The position numbers were made by a program, and so were the translations under genes. DNA of 63,677 nucleotides, filler included, from Octopus bimaculoides (lineage: Eukaryota): the NCBI RefSeq assembly GCF_001194135.2. It is 7 parts of 7 records of this genome, joined end to end, with 100 filler letters (N's around TTAATTAATTAA, not from the genome) between each part and the next. Parts side by side here need not be neighbours in the genome. Positions count along the whole stretch, not along the records: positions 58,281 to 62,432 come from NC_068987.1; positions 62,533 to 63,677 come from NW_026423057.1; 5 more parts are not named here. One strand, written 5' to 3'. Of this stretch, positions 61,430 through 63,677 are shown one piece after another; positions within the stretch are counted from its first letter, which is position 1, and each line of letters begins with the position of its first letter. Under the pieces are notes generated by a model. That model worked only from the letters and a program-made list of their open reading frames with translations. It did not search any database and had not been told where the DNA came from.

Positions 61430-63677
61430 AACAATTTCAGGGAATGCAGTAAGCCGATTACGTCGACCCCAGTGCTCAACTGGTATTTAGCTTATCGATC
61501 CCGAAAGGATGAAAGGCAAAGTCGACCTCGTCGGAATTTGAACTCAGGACGTAAAGACGGACGAAATATCGACAAGCATTTTGCCCACCATCTTAACTAT
61601 TCTGTCAACCCGCCACCTTCCCTCTGTTTAATAATATGTTTCTTTCATCACTTTTTTCTCTTTTTCGTATTCTTTTCTTTTTTTGCTTCTTTCATTCTTG
61701 CTTACTTTCCGCAATTAAAATAAACCCAGGTTGATCCAATTAAACTTTTGACCTCACCTCCTCACCTATAAAACCTCTAGACTGATTAAACAAAGAAAAG
61801 AAAAGATCATATACGTAGAGGTTTCACTCGCTAGAAACATGCCAAATGTCCCCGACTCTCGTTAAAGAAAAGAGAGAACAAATTGCATTTAAATAAAACA
61901 AACTGTATAGTCATGTCTGGAACGTCTTTGATAATAGGTCTGCATGTCGAGACCTGATCTATGTTTAAAACACCAACTACTACATCAAGGCTTATAAACC
62001 CACCAACGCACTTTTCTCTAAATGGTCGCATACTTTCGCACAAGCCTAACAATTTTAGAAGCACGGGTATGTCAATTACATCGATCCCAGTACTTGACTG
62101 AGCTGGTCTTTATGATAATAATAACGGTTTCAATTTTGGGCACAAGGCCGGCAATTTCGAGGGAGTGGATAAGTCGATTAGATACCTCACTGGTACTTAT
62201 TCTACCGACCCCGAAAGGATGAAAGGCAAGGTCAACCTCAGCAGAATTTGAACTCAGAACGTTAAGGCGGACGAACTGTCGCTAAGCATTTTGTCCGGCG
62301 TGCTCGTGATTCTAGCAACTCCCCACCTTAATAATAATCATAATTCTTTCTCCTATAGCCACAAGGCTTGAAATTTGTGTGGAGGGGGTAAGTCAATCAC
62401 ATCGACCCCAGTACTTTACTGGTACTTAATTTNNNNNNNNNNNNNNNNNNNNNNNNNNNNNNNNNNNNNNNNNNNNTTAATTAATTAANNNNNNNNNNNN
62501 NNNNNNNNNNNNNNNNNNNNNNNNNNNNNNNNCACACACACACACATATATATATATGTATTTGGCAGGAATGGCAACAAAAGAAAGAAGGAGACCTTGA
62601 TATTATGCAAATAGAGGAATGTATCTGTAAAAATATGTGACACTTATTCAGTAGCCATGCTCTTACTTGTTTCAGTCATTTGATTGTGGTCATACTGGAG
62701 CACTAAGTTAAAGGGATTTTAGTCACAAGAAATCGACCCCAGTACTCCGAGTTTCCGATGCCTGGGCAGGGTTCCGCTCCAACCATCTTTTCAGTTATCC
62801 AGCCACCGGAGGTTCTATTTGAAAAACAACCCCTATTCATATAAGCAGAAGACTTTCTTTCCATTCTACAATGGAAAAGGGTCTGGTTAGAGGGAAATAT
62901 TAGCGAGGTCAGTATTGGCATGGTTTTTACAGCTGGATGTCCTTTGAAATGCCATCCACTTCACAGTGTGGACTGGATGCTTGTTATGTGGCGCCAGCAC
63001 TGGCAGGGTCACCAAGTAATTAAGAAATTATTAAAAAAACACTGGTTTACAACAATAAAAGAAAAATTTTTAAATCAAATTATAACAATCCTTTCTACTA
63101 AAAGCACAAGGCCTGAAATTTGGTGTAAGAGGACTGGTCAATTACATCAACTCCGGTATTTCACTGATACTTAATTTATCAACCCCGAAAGGATGAAAGG
63201 CATAGTCAACCTCAGCGGAATTTGAACTCAGAATGTAGCGATGGGTGAAATATCGCTAAGCATTTCGTCCAGCATGCTAATGATTCAGCGAGATCACCAC
63301 CTTTCAGATCAACTTATAATAATGGTTATGATAAAGGTAATGTTAACATGAAGGTTCCAAGGGTTAAGAAAAAATGCATCACTTAGTGGAAAATATTTAG
63401 CAGAAGCTCACTTTGCAACCACATGGTTTTAGGGTCAGTCCTACTGCACAGCACCTTGGGCAAGTATCTTCTACTATAGCTCTAGCCTGACCAATGGCTT
63501 GAGTGAATTTATTATGGAAACTGTGTGGAAGCCTGTCATTTGTATATATATATATGTGTATATAAATAATATATACTCTTACTTGTTTCAGTCATATTGA
63601 CTGCAGCCATGCTGGAGCACCGCCTTCAGTCGAGCAAATTGACCCCCAGGACTTATTCTTTGGAAGCCTAGTACTTA
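61430..63677. mobile_element. Cluster of SINE copies: about 61430-61620 (-), 62135-62330 (-), 63100-63305 (-), 63400-63540 (+) and 63577-63677 (-)
   Basis: Repeated ccccgaaaggatgaaaggca..gtc.acctc..cggaatttgaactcag cores, plus composite-family head and tail sequences. Confidence 0.8.

Noticed and set aside
60731-61723. 330-aa hydrophobic ORF as a membrane protein
   Set aside because: It is a pyrimidine-rich (CT/CTGT) low-complexity tract plus an antisense SINE; the F/S/L/C bias follows from base composition.

Overview
AT-rich, microsatellite-saturated animal DNA from a gapped short-read assembly. The tRNA-derived SINE families look like those of Octopus (inference from recalled sequence, not a search). 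Six artificial 44N-TTAATTAATTAA-44N linkers join the pieces. The main result is a multi-exon gene cluster at about 4-24 kb that the ORF track misses because its exons are short. It has two apparently intact paralogs in opposite orientation: A, complement(join 9655-9718, 8833-8893, 4819-5044), 116 aa; and C, join(20550-20613, 21348-21408, 23532-23742), 111 aa. A third, orphan signal-peptide exon (B, 16951-17014) lies between them. A and C each encode signal peptide + propeptide + Lys-Arg site + an 8-Cys C-C-CC-CxC-CxC (agatoxin-like/inhibitor-cystine-knot) peptide + a hydrophobic C-terminal tail that resembles a GPI signal. The signal exons are conserved and the inter-cysteine loops are highly divergent, as in toxin gene families. 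The rest is transposon debris: Penelope-like elements with several hammerhead ribozymes in their terminal repeats, Tx1/L1, RTE and Dong/R4 LINE fragments, a Gypsy gag-pro with a canonical -1 frameshift signal, Tc1/mariner/pogo remnants, MITEs and many SINEs. All alignments and translations were done by eye.
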